Positions 8,736 through 20,497 of a stretch of DNA of 64,000 nt are shown here, piece by piece. The stretch's first letter is position 1; the number at the start of each line of letters is the position of its first letter. Location: assembly GCA_963771175.1 (NCBI GenBank), contig CAVYSY010000025.1, positions 64,001-128,000 on the forward strand, read 5' to 3'. The translations under genes were made by a program, and so were the position numbers. Source of the stretch: an uncultured delta proteobacterium (GTDB lineage Bacteria > Myxococcota > Myxococcia > Myxococcales > Myxococcaceae). The notes under the pieces are model-generated. The model saw only the letters and a list, made by a program, of their open reading frames with translations. It was not told where the DNA came from and made no database searches.

Positions 8736-10503
8736 TCACTCCTCGCGGAAGATGCTCATGTTGACGGGGATGCCCTGGCGCTGCAGGTCGTCGTAGAACT
8801 TGGGCACGAAGCCCGCTGGCCACGAAGCGGCCGCGCACCTTGCCCTCGTCCGTGAAGCCTTCCTGCTTGAAATAGAAGATGTCCTGGAGGGTGACGATGT
8901 CCACCTCCATGCCGGTGATCTCGGTGATGTAGCAGATCTTCCGCGTGCCGTCGGAGAAGCGGGTCTGCTGCACGATGATGTGGACGGCGCTGGCGATCTG
9001 CTCGCGGATGGCCTTCACCGGCAGCTCCATGCCGCTCATCAGCACCATCGTCTCCAGCCGGGCGATGGCGTCGCGCGGCGTGTTGGCGTGCAGCGTGGTG
9101 AGCGAGCCGTCGTGGCCGGTGTTCATCGCCTGGAGCATGTCCAGCGTCTCGCCCGCGCGGCACTCGCCGACGACGATGCGGTCCGGCCGCATGCGCAGGC
9201 AGTTCTTCACCAGGTCGCGGATGGTGATGGCGCCCTTGCCTTCGAGGTTGGGCGGGCGGCTCTCGAGCTGCACCCAGTGGTCCTGCGGGAGCTGGAGCTC
9301 GGCCGCGTCCTCGACGGTGACGATGCGCTCGTCGTCGGGGATGAAGGAGCTGAGGATGTTGAGCGTCGTCGTCTTGCCCGAGCCGGTGCCGCCGGAGATG
9401 ACGATGTTCTTGCGCGCCTTGACGCACATCTCCAGGAACTCGGCCATCTGCGCCGTGAGCGTCTTGTAGCGGATCAGGTCCTCGATCTTCAGCGTGTCCT
9501 TCTTGAACTTGCGGATGGTGATGCACGGGCCCTTGAGCGCCAGCGGCGGGATGATGGCGTTGACGCGGCTGCCGTCCTTGAGGCGGGCGTCCACCAGCGG
9601 GCTGGACTCGTCGATGCGCCGGCCGATGGGCGCGACGATGCGCTCGATGACGCCGAGCACCGCCTGGTTCGAGGAGAAGATCTTCTCGGAGAGGACGAGC
9701 TTGCCCTTGCGCTCGATGTAGATCTGGTTGGCGTGGTTCACCATGATCTCGCTGATCTCGTCGTCGCGAGGAACGCCTCGAGCGGCCCCAGGCCGAGCGC
9801 CTCGTTGAGCACGTCGGTGAGCAGCTCCTCGCGGTCGACGTCGTCCGGGAGCTCTCCGTCCGCCTCCATCTGGTCGATGATGTCGCGGATCGCCTTCTCG
9901 GTGCGCCGCCACAGCTCCTCGTCGCCGAGCCGGTCCATGTCCAGGCGGCGCAGGTCGAGGTACTCGATCAGCCGGTCGTGGATGTCCTTCTGGAGCCGGG
10001 CGTAGGCCTCGACGCGGGGGTCGCACGCGCTTCTTGTTCTTCGCCAGCGCCGAGGCCAGCGAGGCCGGCATGCGCGCGTCTGTGCTCTGCGCGGGCTCCT
10101 CGTGCGGCTCGTCCTCGTAGGCGCCCTCGCTCGCTCGCCGCCGTCGTCGTCGCCCTGGTCCTCCTCGTAGTCACTCCTCCTCGGGAGCAGCCGTGCGCGT
10201 CATGCTGGGCTCGGCCAGCGGCTCGACGTTGATGATGTAGTCGCCGACGTAGATCTTGTCGGTCGGCCGCAGCACCTGCGGCCCGGCGATCTTCTTGCCG
10301 TTCACGAAGGTGCCGTTGGTGGACTTCAGGTCCACGACGATGAACTTGCCGTCCTTGACGACGATCTGCGAGTGGTACTTGGAGACGTTGCCCTTCGCGA
10401 GGACGATGTCGTTACCAGCGAGGCGACCGATGGTGATCTCGTTCTTCTCGAACTCGATCTGCTCGGTACCGCCGCCCTTCTCCTCGAGCGTGACGAGAAA
10501 CAT
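8736..10503 (-). CDS. kilF: FHA-CpaF/TadA family secretion ATPase (KilF-like); frameshifted
   Basis: N-terminal FHA (ITIGR..VSKYH..STNGTFVNG), Walker A SGGTGSGKTT, LRMRPDRIVVGE, AMNTGHDGSLTTLHAN; ends NMSIFREE-stop at 8736. Confidence 0.88.
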
Positions 10504-10650
10504 GGCGCGGATGCTACCAAGCGCCTCCTCTACCTCAAAGAGGACGCGACGCGGCGGCCCACGCTTGCCCCCCAAAGCACCGAGGCCGGCGCCCATCCCC
10601 TGGGGGGACGAGGCCGGCCTCGAGGCCTGGAGCGCCGGAAGCGGGGGCGC

Positions 10651-12099
10651 TCAGTCGAAGATGTTGAAGTTCACCTCGCCGCGGGCCTGCTTGTAGCGGC
10701 TCTTCACGTCCTCGATGATCGTCCGGATCTTGTCCGAGTCCGGGTTGACGATGCGGGGCGTCACGAAGATGACCAGCTCGCGCTTGGTGGAGTCGAAGGC
10801 CCGGTTCTTGAAGAGCTCGCCGATGATGGGGATGTGGCCCAGGCCCGGCAGCTTGGAGATGGCCTTCTGCTCGTCGTGGCTGAAGACGCCCGAGAGCACG
10901 ATGGTCTCGCCGTGGCGCACGGTCACGTTGGTCTTCACCTTGCGGGTGCGGAAGCCGGGGATGGTCGACGAGCCACCGATGGACACGGCCACCGAGGTGT
11001 CGATCTCGGACGCCTCGGCCTCGATCTCCGTCTGGATGTTGCCGTTGCGGTCCGCGGTGGGGCGCAGGTTGAGGATGACGCCGTAGGGCTTGTACTCCAC
11101 GGTGAACTGGTTGGTGGTGATGAGGGGGATCGGCACCTCGCCGCCGGCGATGAACTCGGCCTTCTCACCGCTGGCGCACACCAGCTTGGGCTGGGCGAGC
11201 AGGCGGCCGTAGCCGTCGTTGGCCTGGAAGCCCACCGAGAACTCGGAGCCGCCGGAGATGTTGAGCCGGCCCGTGCCCTGGCCGAAGCTGCTGGGGAAGA
11301 GCTCCTGGTTGATGGTGGCCGTGGCCGCCACGCTGCCGGTGATGTCCGTGGGGTACTTGATGCCGTAGCGGTCCTTGCCGTTGCGGCGGATCTCCACGAA
11401 CTGCACCTCGGAGAGGATCATCCGCTTGATGCCGACGACGAGCAGGTTCTCCACCTTCTCGCCGATGGCCTTGGTGATGAGCTCGGCCTTCTGCAGGTCC
11501 TGCTGGCTCTCCACCGAGCCCTCCAGGAAGATGGTGGCGCCGACCACGTTCGCCTGCACGTTGTGCAGGCCCGCCTTCTGGAAGGCCGCGTTGAGGTTCT
11601 GCGCCACCAGCTTCTTGGCGTTGGGCGCGATCTTCACGAAGCTCTTCACGTTCGGGTAGAGCGACACCACCTGGTCGATGCGCTCCGCGTCCGCCGTGGT
11701 GTACGCCTGACCGTCCAGGTAGATGCGGTCGCCCACCATGCGCACGGTCACGCCCTCGATCTCGCCGAGCAGCTTCTTGATCTCGGCGATGACCTCGTTG
11801 GGGTCCTGCTTGCGCACGGTGACGAGGTAGCTGACGCGCTGGCCGGAGCTCTTCCAGACGAGCAGCGTCGTCTTGCCCTCGGACTGACCGATGATGAGGA
11901 TCTGGTTGTTCCCGATGATCTTCACGTCGGCGATGCTCGGGTCACCCAGCGCGATGCGCGTGATGCCGGGCACGGTGATCACCTTCTGGGTGCCGACGCC
12001 GAGGTTGATGGTGCTGCCGTCCTGGGCCCGCGCGGAGCCCGCGGCGAACAGGGTCAACAAGGCGCCGAGGGCGGCCACCTGCGTGAAGCGTCCAAGCAT
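10651..12099 (-). CDS. kilC: CpaC/RcpA-type secretin (KilC-like)
   Basis: Signal peptide, pilus-formation N-domain, BON-like domains and secretin motifs (LLAQPKL..SGEKAEFIAGGEVP, PGLGHIPIIGELFK, ELVIFVTP). Confidence 0.9.
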   Translation of the reverse strand: MLGRFTQVAALGALLTLFAAGSARAQDGSTINLGVGTQKVITVPGITRIALGDPSIADVKIIGNNQILIIGQSEGKTTLLVWKSSGQRVSYLVTVRKQDPNEVIAEIKKLLGEIEGVTVRMVGDRIYLDGQAYTTADAERIDQVVSLYPNVKSFVKIAPNAKKLVAQNLNAAFQKAGLHNVQANVVGATIFLEGSVESQQDLQKAELITKAIGEKVENLLVVGIKRMILSEVQFVEIRRNGKDRYGIKYPTDITGSVAATATINQELFPSSFGQGTGRLNISGGSEFSVGFQANDGYGRLLAQPKLVCASGEKAEFIAGGEVPIPLITTNQFTVEYKPYGVILNLRPTADRNGNIQTEIEAEASEIDTSVAVSIGGSSTIPGFRTRKVKTNVTVRHGETIVLSGVFSHDEQKAISKLPGLGHIPIIGELFKNRAFDSTKRELVIFVTPRIVNPDSDKIRTIIEDVKSRYKQARGEVNFNIFD

Positions 12100-12128
12100 C
12101 GTGAGAGTCCCTTCGCGTCGCATCCGCA

Positions 12129-12665
12129 CTACCCCAGTCTGTCGTGCTGCCACCACATGGCCCAGAAAGTCCCGAGTGCGATCGCCACACCATAAGGAAT
12201 GTGGCGTCGCGGCCCACTCGCCGCGCCTTCGTGTATCAGCCGTGCCTTCACGGCCCACCGCCGCACCCACTCCGCCAACGTCTCCCAGACGGCGCCGTGC
12301 CACAGCAGCGTCACCACCGCCTGCAGCGCGCCCACCAGCGAGATGAAGGCCGCCGCGGCCATCACCGCTGGAAAGCCCAACACCGCCCCCACCCCCGCCA
12401 TCAGCTTCACGTCACCCCACCCCATCTTCCCGCGCACCGCCGCCGGCACCAGCATCAGCGCCAGCCCCACCCCCGATACCACCCCGCTCACCAGCCCCGA
12501 CTCCAAATCCCCCACGCCCTCGGCCCACAGGCGCACGCCCAATGCCATCGTCACCAGCGGGTAGGTGACGACGTCGAGGATCTGGCGGCGCAGGACGTCG
12601 GTAGCCACCGAGATCACCAGCGCCACTCCCAGGGCGGTCCAGAGCGCGATGTGAGTGGAAGTCAT
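12129..12665 (-). CDS. kilA: A24-family prepilin peptidase (CpaA/TadV, KilA-like)
   Basis: Hydrophobic 178 aa with catalytic motifs ATD and MGWGDVKL, and C-terminal IPYGVAI. Confidence 0.9.
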   Translation of the reverse strand: MTSTHIALWTALGVALVISVATDVLRRQILDVVTYPLVTMALGVRLWAEGVGDLESGLVSGVVSGVGLALMLVPAAVRGKMGWGDVKLMAGVGAVLGFPAVMAAAAFISLVGALQAVVTLLWHGAVWETLAEWVRRWAVKARLIHEGAASGPRRHIPYGVAIALGTFWAMWWQHDRLG

Positions 12666-12773
12666 CGGGCGCCTGCCCTCGACGATCGGGGGCAGGTTTA
12701 GGGACTAAATCAGGGAGGGCCGCTCTCCGTCAATTGGCCAACAGCCCAACCCCCTGAAGTGGCGGAATCGCCC

Positions 12774-13724
12774 TCACTGGTAGGTGAGGCGCACCCGCTC
12801 GCTGCAGATGAAGAACTCGTCCCCGTCCTCGACCTTGCGGCGCTTGATGCGCTGCTTGTTGAACCAGGTGCCGTTGGAGGAGCCGAGGTCCTCGATGAAG
12901 AAGTCGTCGCCCTCGCGGACGATGACGGCGTGCTCGCGGGACACCTTGCCGGAGTGGATGACCAGGTCGCAGTGCTTGCCGCGGCCGATCACGAACCGGT
13001 CCTGGGTGATGACCCGGGGATCGGCATTGTCCACGGAGAGCACCAGCGCACCACCGGCCGACCCATCCATGGGCTCGTCGTCCATGGGCTGATCATCCAT
13101 GGGCTCGTCGTCCATGGGCTGATCATCCATGGGCTCGTCGTCCATGGGCTCGTCCTCGGCGTCCAGACCCATGCCGGCATCGTCGTCGTCGGGCAGCGGC
13201 TCCTCGTCGATCTCCTCGCGAGGCTCGTTGCTCTTGCCCTTGATGAGGCGCTCGAGCTCGGCGGCCGTCTCCAGCACGCGCTCGGCCACCTCGCGGCGGG
13301 CGGGATCATTGTCGAGCGAGTTGGCGGGAGCACGCTCCTCGGCGACGCGCGCCGAGGGACGCTGCGGCGCGGCAGCGGACGCCGGGGTGTGATCCTCACG
13401 GGAGAGAGGCGGCGCCTTGGAGGAGGCGGCCCCACCGGCGACGGGCTGCAACACGGGCGGAGCGCCCTTGCTGGCACCCACGGAAGGCCCGGAGGCGCGC
13501 GCGGCCGACGGGGCCGCTCCACCACCGGAAGCCACCACCGCCACCTCGGGCCTGCCCGTGCGCGCTACCTCGATGAAGCCGTTGAGGCGGGCGAACATGA
13601 ACAGCGCCTGATTGATGAGCGCGTCACGATCCGAGCCCATCTGCTGGGCCATGTCTTCGTAGGTCTCCCACAGGTGGTCGGCGATACCGACCTTGCGGGC
13701 AGGACGGGAGTTCTGGTCGATCAT
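12774..13724 (-). CDS. FHA-domain protein with a putative N-terminal ribbon-helix-helix and an acidic repeat linker
   Basis: C-terminal FHA (FVIGRG..VSREHA..DLGSSNGTWFN). The N-terminus RKVGIADHLWETYEDMAQQMGSDRDALINQAL has an RHH-like pattern. Confidence 0.85.
   Translation of the reverse strand: MIDQNSRPARKVGIADHLWETYEDMAQQMGSDRDALINQALFMFARLNGFIEVARTGRPEVAVVASGGGAAPSAARASGPSVGASKGAPPVLQPVAGGAASSKAPPLSREDHTPASAAAPQRPSARVAEERAPANSLDNDPARREVAERVLETAAELERLIKGKSNEPREEIDEEPLPDDDDAGMGLDAEDEPMDDEPMDDQPMDDEPMDDQPMDDEPMDGSAGGALVLSVDNADPRVITQDRFVIGRGKHCDLVIHSGKVSREHAVIVREGDDFFIEDLGSSNGTWFNKQRIKRRKVEDGDEFFICSERVRLTYQ
13066..13155. repeat. In-frame 15-bp tandem repeat x6, encoding D-D-(E/Q)-P-M units
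   Basis: Alternating units TCCATGGGCTCGTCG and TCCATGGGCTGATCA, giving a 30-bp higher-order unit. Confidence 0.95.
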
Positions 13725-13783
13725 CTCTTGACTCGCGGATCCAGGAGTCCCCGACCATAGCAGAGCGGTCCAGGGACGCGAAA

Positions 13784-15835
13784 TCACTGAAAGGGGAAGA
13801 CTCCCCGGCTGTTGTCGATGCTCGGGTCGACGGTCTGCATGCTCACCTGGAGCACGCCATCCGCCGAGGGGTAGGCGATGTAGGCATAGTCCGTGCCCCC
13901 CACCTCCGCCTGCACCACGGTTCCGGGCAGCTGGAAGAACTGGATCTCCTGAACGCTGGTGTCCACCGTCACCGCGAACGGGAAGTAGTGGGACAAGGTA
14001 TTCACCACGTAGCGATCCCCGCGCGCGATGTCCGTGGCCAGCCGGTTGGAGACGGTGATGCGCACCACCAGGCCCTCACTCGCCCCGGTGTAGCCAGCCG
14101 GGTGGAAGAAGTAGGGCCCGGTCCGCGAGTAGCTCTCACTCAAGGCCAGGCGCTGGATGAAGCCCTCGTTGCCGCTGGAGAGGACGAGCGGCCGGCTGCC
14201 CGCTGCCCGGACCTGGAAGCGCGTGTAGCCGGCGCACTCCGGCGGGATGGCGGTATTGGTCGTCAGGACGGTGGGCTGCTTGGGGTCGGTCGGCGTCTGC
14301 ACCGAGGCCACCACCAACTCCGTGTCACACGGCTGCCCCCCCACCCCCTCTGGGATGAGGATGATGAGGTCGGCGGGCTGGGCCACCTGCCCCGGGACAC
14401 TGAACTCAGAGGACGTCGTGTCGCCGCGCGCCAGGTTGTCCATTCCAGGCAGGAGGCCCTGGTACGTGAGCACGTACGTCTCGTTGGTCGTGACGCCGTT
14501 CGTCACCTCGGCGGTGACGTCGCCCGTGTCCCCCCGGTTGGTCCCCTGGGTGGTGATGAGCGAGACCTGCTGCTCGGCATCCTGGTCGTCGATGTCGAGC
14601 ACGCGCAACCCCACCGCATCGAAGAAGAGGAGCTGCCCACTGGAGAGCGGCACGATGCCCAGCAGGGCGAGGGTGCTCCCGATGGCGCTGACGCGCACGT
14701 GCGCCGACACCGACAGGCCCGTGGGCAGCCCGGAGCCCAACCGGATGGGCAGCATGTCGTAGAGGTACGTGGGGTTGTTCAGGCCGTCCCGGCTGGAGTC
14801 GTCCTTGAGCACCTTGCCCGTGTTGGCATCCACCGCCAGCACGCCCGTGGCGCACTCGGTCTGGCCACCGCCGCAGTTCGACGGATCGAGGACTCCATAG
14901 ATGCGGGCTCCAGCCACCAGCCTTTGGGGCACATCGACGAAGTCGTCGGTCGTGTCATCGTCGTTCGGGGGCGTGTTCACCCGCTGCGAGTAATCCACCG
15001 CCTCATGGGTGGCGAGCTGGAGCACCTGCTGTCCGCCGAAGTCCAACTCCATCACCGCGTTCGTCAGCGGGTTCACCTTGTAGGTCTTCCCCGGCTCGGC
15101 TCCGGCCGTGCTGCGCGTGGCCACGGCGAGCTGCCCCTCGGGAAGCACGAGCAGGGCACTCACGGCCACGTTGGCGGGCAACACCCCTTCCAGCCGCCGA
15201 ACCGGCCCCACCAGCGAGGCCCCGGCGAGGAGGTCCTGAGGCGCCGGCACCTGCAGCTCCCACAGCCAGGCCCCGGTGGTCTCCTGGGTGGTGTAGTAGA
15301 GCGTGCTCGAGCCGCCCTCCTGCTCGGGCCCCCGGGCCGCGAAGGCCGTCACCGGGCCCGCCGACGGGGCCGAATTGGTCGGGGTGAGCTCGTTCGTCAC
15401 CAGCTGCTTCACCTCGCGCAGGAACTTGCGCTCCGAGGCCACCACGGAGATGCGCGTCGAGCCATTGCTGCGCGCGTAGACGTAGGATCCCCCCACGTCA
15501 GCGCCAGTCGCGTCGTAGCGCACGTCGAGCGCGAGATCCTGGGGCCGCTCCAGCACTGGGATGGAGAGCGCCTCGAGCGGGTTGGGGGCGCGCAGATAGC
15601 CCCGCTCCGCCCCTTCCGCCTTGAGGTCCAGCACGCGCAGCTCGTTGCGGTCCATCGAGGTGACGAACAGCAGGTCCCCCTCCACCGGGTTCCCCTCCTC
15701 GTTCCGCTCGTCCCTCACCAGGACCACGTCGTAGGTCCCGGACAGCCCCGCCGCCGGGAGGCTCTCCTCCTCCGTGGTGCAGGCGAATACCAGCGCTCCG
15801 ACCACCACCATCAACGGCACGATGACGCGCTTCAC
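13784..15835 (-). CDS. Large lipoprotein, probably beta-rich or beta-propeller, unknown function
   Basis: GTG start overlaps the upstream stop (GTGA); lipobox VFAC; ~683 aa. Confidence 0.8.
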   Translation of the reverse strand: MKRVIVPLMVVVGALVFACTTEEESLPAAGLSGTYDVVLVRDERNEEGNPVEGDLLFVTSMDRNELRVLDLKAEGAERGYLRAPNPLEALSIPVLERPQDLALDVRYDATGADVGGSYVYARSNGSTRISVVASERKFLREVKQLVTNELTPTNSAPSAGPVTAFAARGPEQEGGSSTLYYTTQETTGAWLWELQVPAPQDLLAGASLVGPVRRLEGVLPANVAVSALLVLPEGQLAVATRSTAGAEPGKTYKVNPLTNAVMELDFGGQQVLQLATHEAVDYSQRVNTPPNDDDTTDDFVDVPQRLVAGARIYGVLDPSNCGGGQTECATGVLAVDANTGKVLKDDSSRDGLNNPTYLYDMLPIRLGSGLPTGLSVSAHVRVSAIGSTLALLGIVPLSSGQLLFFDAVGLRVLDIDDQDAEQQVSLITTQGTNRGDTGDVTAEVTNGVTTNETYVLTYQGLLPGMDNLARGDTTSSEFSVPGQVAQPADLIILIPEGVGGQPCDTELVVASVQTPTDPKQPTVLTTNTAIPPECAGYTRFQVRAAGSRPLVLSSGNEGFIQRLALSESYSRTGPYFFHPAGYTGASEGLVVRITVSNRLATDIARGDRYVVNTLSHYFPFAVTVDTSVQEIQFFQLPGTVVQAEVGGTDYAYIAYPSADGVLQVSMQTVDPSIDNSRGVFPFQ

Positions 15836-17241
15836 TGCTGAGCCTCCTGACACGAAACGGTCCCTTCCTTGTCCTGCCGTGCCCCGAGCCGGGCCACCAG
15901 CCGGGCCAGCTGCGGACTCTCAAGGTCCGGGATGTCGATCACCGAGACGCGTCCGTCGCCGAAGTTGCTGACGAAGATGCGAGCCGCGTTGCCTTGCTCC
16001 TGCACGGCGAGTCCGAAGGGCTGGGGTTCCAGAGCCCCGCGATCATCCTCCCCCACCGCCACCTGCGCCACGACCTGGCCCACGTCCGGATCATAGATGG
16101 CCACCACGCCGGCCGCGCTGCAGGACACCAGCACCAGCACACTGCGCGTCGGCCCGCGAGACACCAGCTTCACCTGGGTGGGGCCGTCCGGCATGGGCAC
16201 CGCGCCCACCAGCGACAAGGTGGGCAGTTCCGAGGTCGCCTCGTCACCCCGCACGTTCAGGACCACCAACGAGTCCGGCGAGCGCACGGCCAGGTACAAC
16301 CGCCGGACTCCCGACGCGTCGGCCTGTGTCAGCGCGAGGCCACGAGCGTCCCGGGCAGCGAAGCCCAGGTCCACCCCGGGGTCGATGATCCGGTTCAGGT
16401 TGTCCACGTTGTCCTTTTCCAGCACGCGCAGCAGGAACCGCCGGCCGGTGGCGTTCCGCACATTGCTGGAGAACCGACCGGAGACGAACAGGTACCGCTC
16501 ACCGATCGCCACCGAGTGGCTGCCGCCCACGGGCAGAGCGCCCGCGGTCAGCGGGCGGAAATCCGCGCTCGAGACGCTCGGCGTGCTGCCTTCCAGTTGG
16601 ACCAGGTACGACTGGAAATCGGCTCCCGAGCGGGCGGGCGAGTCCGCGGGGTCCACATGCGTCACGAACACCTTCCCCTCGTTGGAGACGGTGACGCCGA
16701 AGGGCGCGGGCGCGCGGGGCAGGTCATTCTGCTGCCCCGGCACGTCCTCGGTGAGAGACAGCGCGTCCTCGATGCAATTGTCCCGGCTCGGGCCCACGCA
16801 GGCCAGCCGCGTCGGCTCCGGGATGTCGATGTAGTGGAGGAAGTCACCGTCCGCGCGGGCGGGGACGAAGAGCCGGGGCGAGGCGTCCGGGCGCTCCCAG
16901 AGGGCCATCTCGCCGGCGTAGCTCTGGATATAGACGCGCGACTCCTCCGCGAGATTGAGCTGCTCGATTGGCAGCGGCTCCGTGTTGGTGGCCGCACCGA
17001 GGGCGGGCAGCTCATTCCCGCCGGCCCCTACCCGGTCCAGATCGACCGCCATGACGGTGCCCTGATCGAAACATCGATCGAAGTTGGCGCTCGCCACGTA
17101 GAGGATGCCGTTGGTGGAACCGGGAACGGCCCGGTGCACGAGACCGCTCGGGTAGACGAAGCGATCCGACGGCGCGGGCCGGGGGTTGGCTTCGTTGCAC
17201 GCGGTGACAAGGAGCGCGAGACAGAGGAAATGGGGGCGCAT
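15832..17241 (-). CDS. YncE/YVTN-like beta-propeller lipoprotein
   Basis: Lipobox VTAC; propeller-blade motifs LYVASANFD, PFGVTV..VFVTH and PFGLAV..IFVSNFGDGRVSVID. Confidence 0.8.
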   Translation of the reverse strand: MRPHFLCLALLVTACNEANPRPAPSDRFVYPSGLVHRAVPGSTNGILYVASANFDRCFDQGTVMAVDLDRVGAGGNELPALGAATNTEPLPIEQLNLAEESRVYIQSYAGEMALWERPDASPRLFVPARADGDFLHYIDIPEPTRLACVGPSRDNCIEDALSLTEDVPGQQNDLPRAPAPFGVTVSNEGKVFVTHVDPADSPARSGADFQSYLVQLEGSTPSVSSADFRPLTAGALPVGGSHSVAIGERYLFVSGRFSSNVRNATGRRFLLRVLEKDNVDNLNRIIDPGVDLGFAARDARGLALTQADASGVRRLYLAVRSPDSLVVLNVRGDEATSELPTLSLVGAVPMPDGPTQVKLVSRGPTRSVLVLVSCSAAGVVAIYDPDVGQVVAQVAVGEDDRGALEPQPFGLAVQEQGNAARIFVSNFGDGRVSVIDIPDLESPQLARLVARLGARQDKEGTVSCQEAQQ

Positions 17242-17372
17242 GGAAGGGGGGCGGAGTGTAGGAACCGCCCCAACGCCGGGCAACTACAAAGGGTCCCGGC
17301 TATTCCCTAGCCACCACATGCCCCCCTCCCCTTACATGCTCACTGCTCCGGACAGCAGCCCGGCGAGCGGGG

Positions 17373-19464
17373 TCAGGCCTCCGCCTGGATCTTCGAGAAG
17401 TCCGCCACCTGGTTGAACAGCGTGCCGATCTCCGTGAGGAGCCGGATGCGGTTCTCGCGCAGGTCCTTGTCCTCGGCCATCACCATCACCTTGTCGAAGA
17501 AGGTGTCGACGGTGGGCTTGAGGCCGGTGATCTCCTTGAGGGCGCCGGCGAAGTCGTCGGACTTCACCAGGTCGGCCACGCGGGCGCGCGCCTGGACGTA
17601 GGCGGAGTGGAGCTCGCGCTCGGCGTCGTCGGTGAGCCGCTGGGGATTCACCTCGCCGCGGGACACGTCCTTGCCCTGCTTCTCGACGATGTTGACCACG
17701 CGCTTGAAGGCACCGGCCAGCGGCGCGAAGTCCGCCCGGCCCACGATGCCGCCCAGGGCCTCCAGCCGCTTGCGCGCGGCCACCAGGTCGTCGAAGCCGG
17801 CCGACAGCACCGCCTCCACCACGTCCGTGCGGTGCTCCTCCATCCACAGCGCCTTGAGGCGGCCGCGGAAGAAGTCGAGCACCTGCTCGCGAGGCGCGGG
17901 CTCGCCGGCCTTGCGCTTCACGTTGGCGATCTTCGGCCCGAGCTGCTCCAGCGCCTCGTCCACCGCCTGGCGAGAGGGAGAAGCGGTAGCCCCGGCCCAG
18001 GATGATGCGGATGACGGCGAGGCACGCGCGCCGGAGGGCGAACGGGTCCGCCGCGCCGGTGGGCCCCTTGCCGATGGCGAAGATGCCGCACAGCGTGTCC
18101 AGCCGGTCCGCCAGGCCGATGAGCGCCCCGGGGTCCTGCGTGGGCAGCGCGTCCTCGGCGGTGCGCGGCAGGTAGTGCTCGAAGATGGCCAGGGCCACCG
18201 CCTCGGGCTCACCGCTGGCGCGGGCGTACTCGCGCCCCATCACGCCCTGGAGCTCGGGGAACTCGCCCACCATGCCGGTGACGAGGTCCGCCTTGGCCAG
18301 GGTGGCGGCGCGCTCGATGGTGGCCTTGTGAGCACCGTGGCCCGTCCACTCGGCCAGCTTCACGGCCAGCGCGCGGAAGCGCTCCACCTTCTCGGCGTAG
18401 CTGCCGAGCTGGCCCTGCCACACCACGCGCGCCAGCTTCTCCGTGCGCGCCTCGAGCGGCGTCTTGCGGTCCTCGTCGAAGAAGAAGCGTCCGTCGGCGA
18501 GGCGCGCGCGCAGCACGCGCTCGTAGCCGCGCAGGGAGAGCTTCTCGTCGCGCACCGGCGTGTTGGACACGGCGATGAAGCGCGGCAGCAGCTTGCCCTT
18601 GGCGTCCAGCACGGAGAAGTAGCGCTGGTGGCTCTTCATCTCCTGCACCAGCACCTCGGGAGGCAGGTCCAGGTGGCGCTCGTCGAAGCGTGCCCACCAC
18701 CGGGTTGGGCAGCTCCACCAGGTTGGTCACCTGGTCCACCAGGGACTCGTCCTCCATCAGCGTGCCGCCGGCCTGCGTGCGCCGCCGCGCGCACCTTCTC
18801 CAGCAACTGCGCGCGCCGCTTGGCGACGTCCGGCACCACGTGGGCCTTCTCCAGGGCCGCCTCGTAGTCCGAGGGCTTGGAGAGCTCGATGGCCGCGGGC
18901 GACAGGAAGCGGTGGCCGTACGTCGTCCGGCCGCTCTTCACGTCACCGAGCACCACCGGCAGCACCTCGCCGCCCAGCAGCGCCACCATCCACTGCACGG
19001 GCCGCGCGAAGGCCTGCTCCACGTCGCCCCAGCGCATCGTCTTGCGGAAGTTGATGCCGTGCACGGCCGTGTGGAGGACGTCCTTGAGGATGTCCGCCGC
19101 CGGGCGGCCCTTCTCCTCCACCTTGGCGCCCAGGTACTCGCCCTTGGGCGTCTGCACGCGCAGCAGCGCGTCCACCGACAGCTTCTGGCTCTCGGCGAAC
19201 TTCTCCGCCGCCTTGGTGGGCTTGCCGTCCGTGTCGAAGGCCGCCTTCGCGCTCGGGCCGAGCACCTCGCGGGTCATGTCCTCGCCCTTCTCCGCCACGT
19301 CCTTCACCAACACCGCCAGCCGGCGCGGCGTGCCGTAGGTGCGCACCTCGCCGTGCTTCAGCCGCGCCTCCGCGGCGCGCTCGGTGATGATGCGCTTGAG
19401 GTCCTCGAGCGCCGGGACGATGAAGGAGGCGGGGATCTCCTCGGCGCCGATCTCCAGGAGCAGG

Positions 19465-19475
<11 letters not shown>
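17373..19475 (-). CDS. glyS: Glycine-tRNA ligase beta subunit; frameshifted
   Basis: [63 protein letters not shown], spread across three frames. Confidence 0.95.
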
Positions 19476-20449
<974 letters not shown>

Positions 20450-20497
20450 GACGCCGAGGACCCTAGTGAGGGGGTCCGGGAGCGTCAAGGACAGCCG

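Noticed and set aside
13066..13155. CRISPR array
   Set aside because: The 15-bp units are contiguous, have no spacers, lie in frame within a CDS, and no cas genes are in the window.
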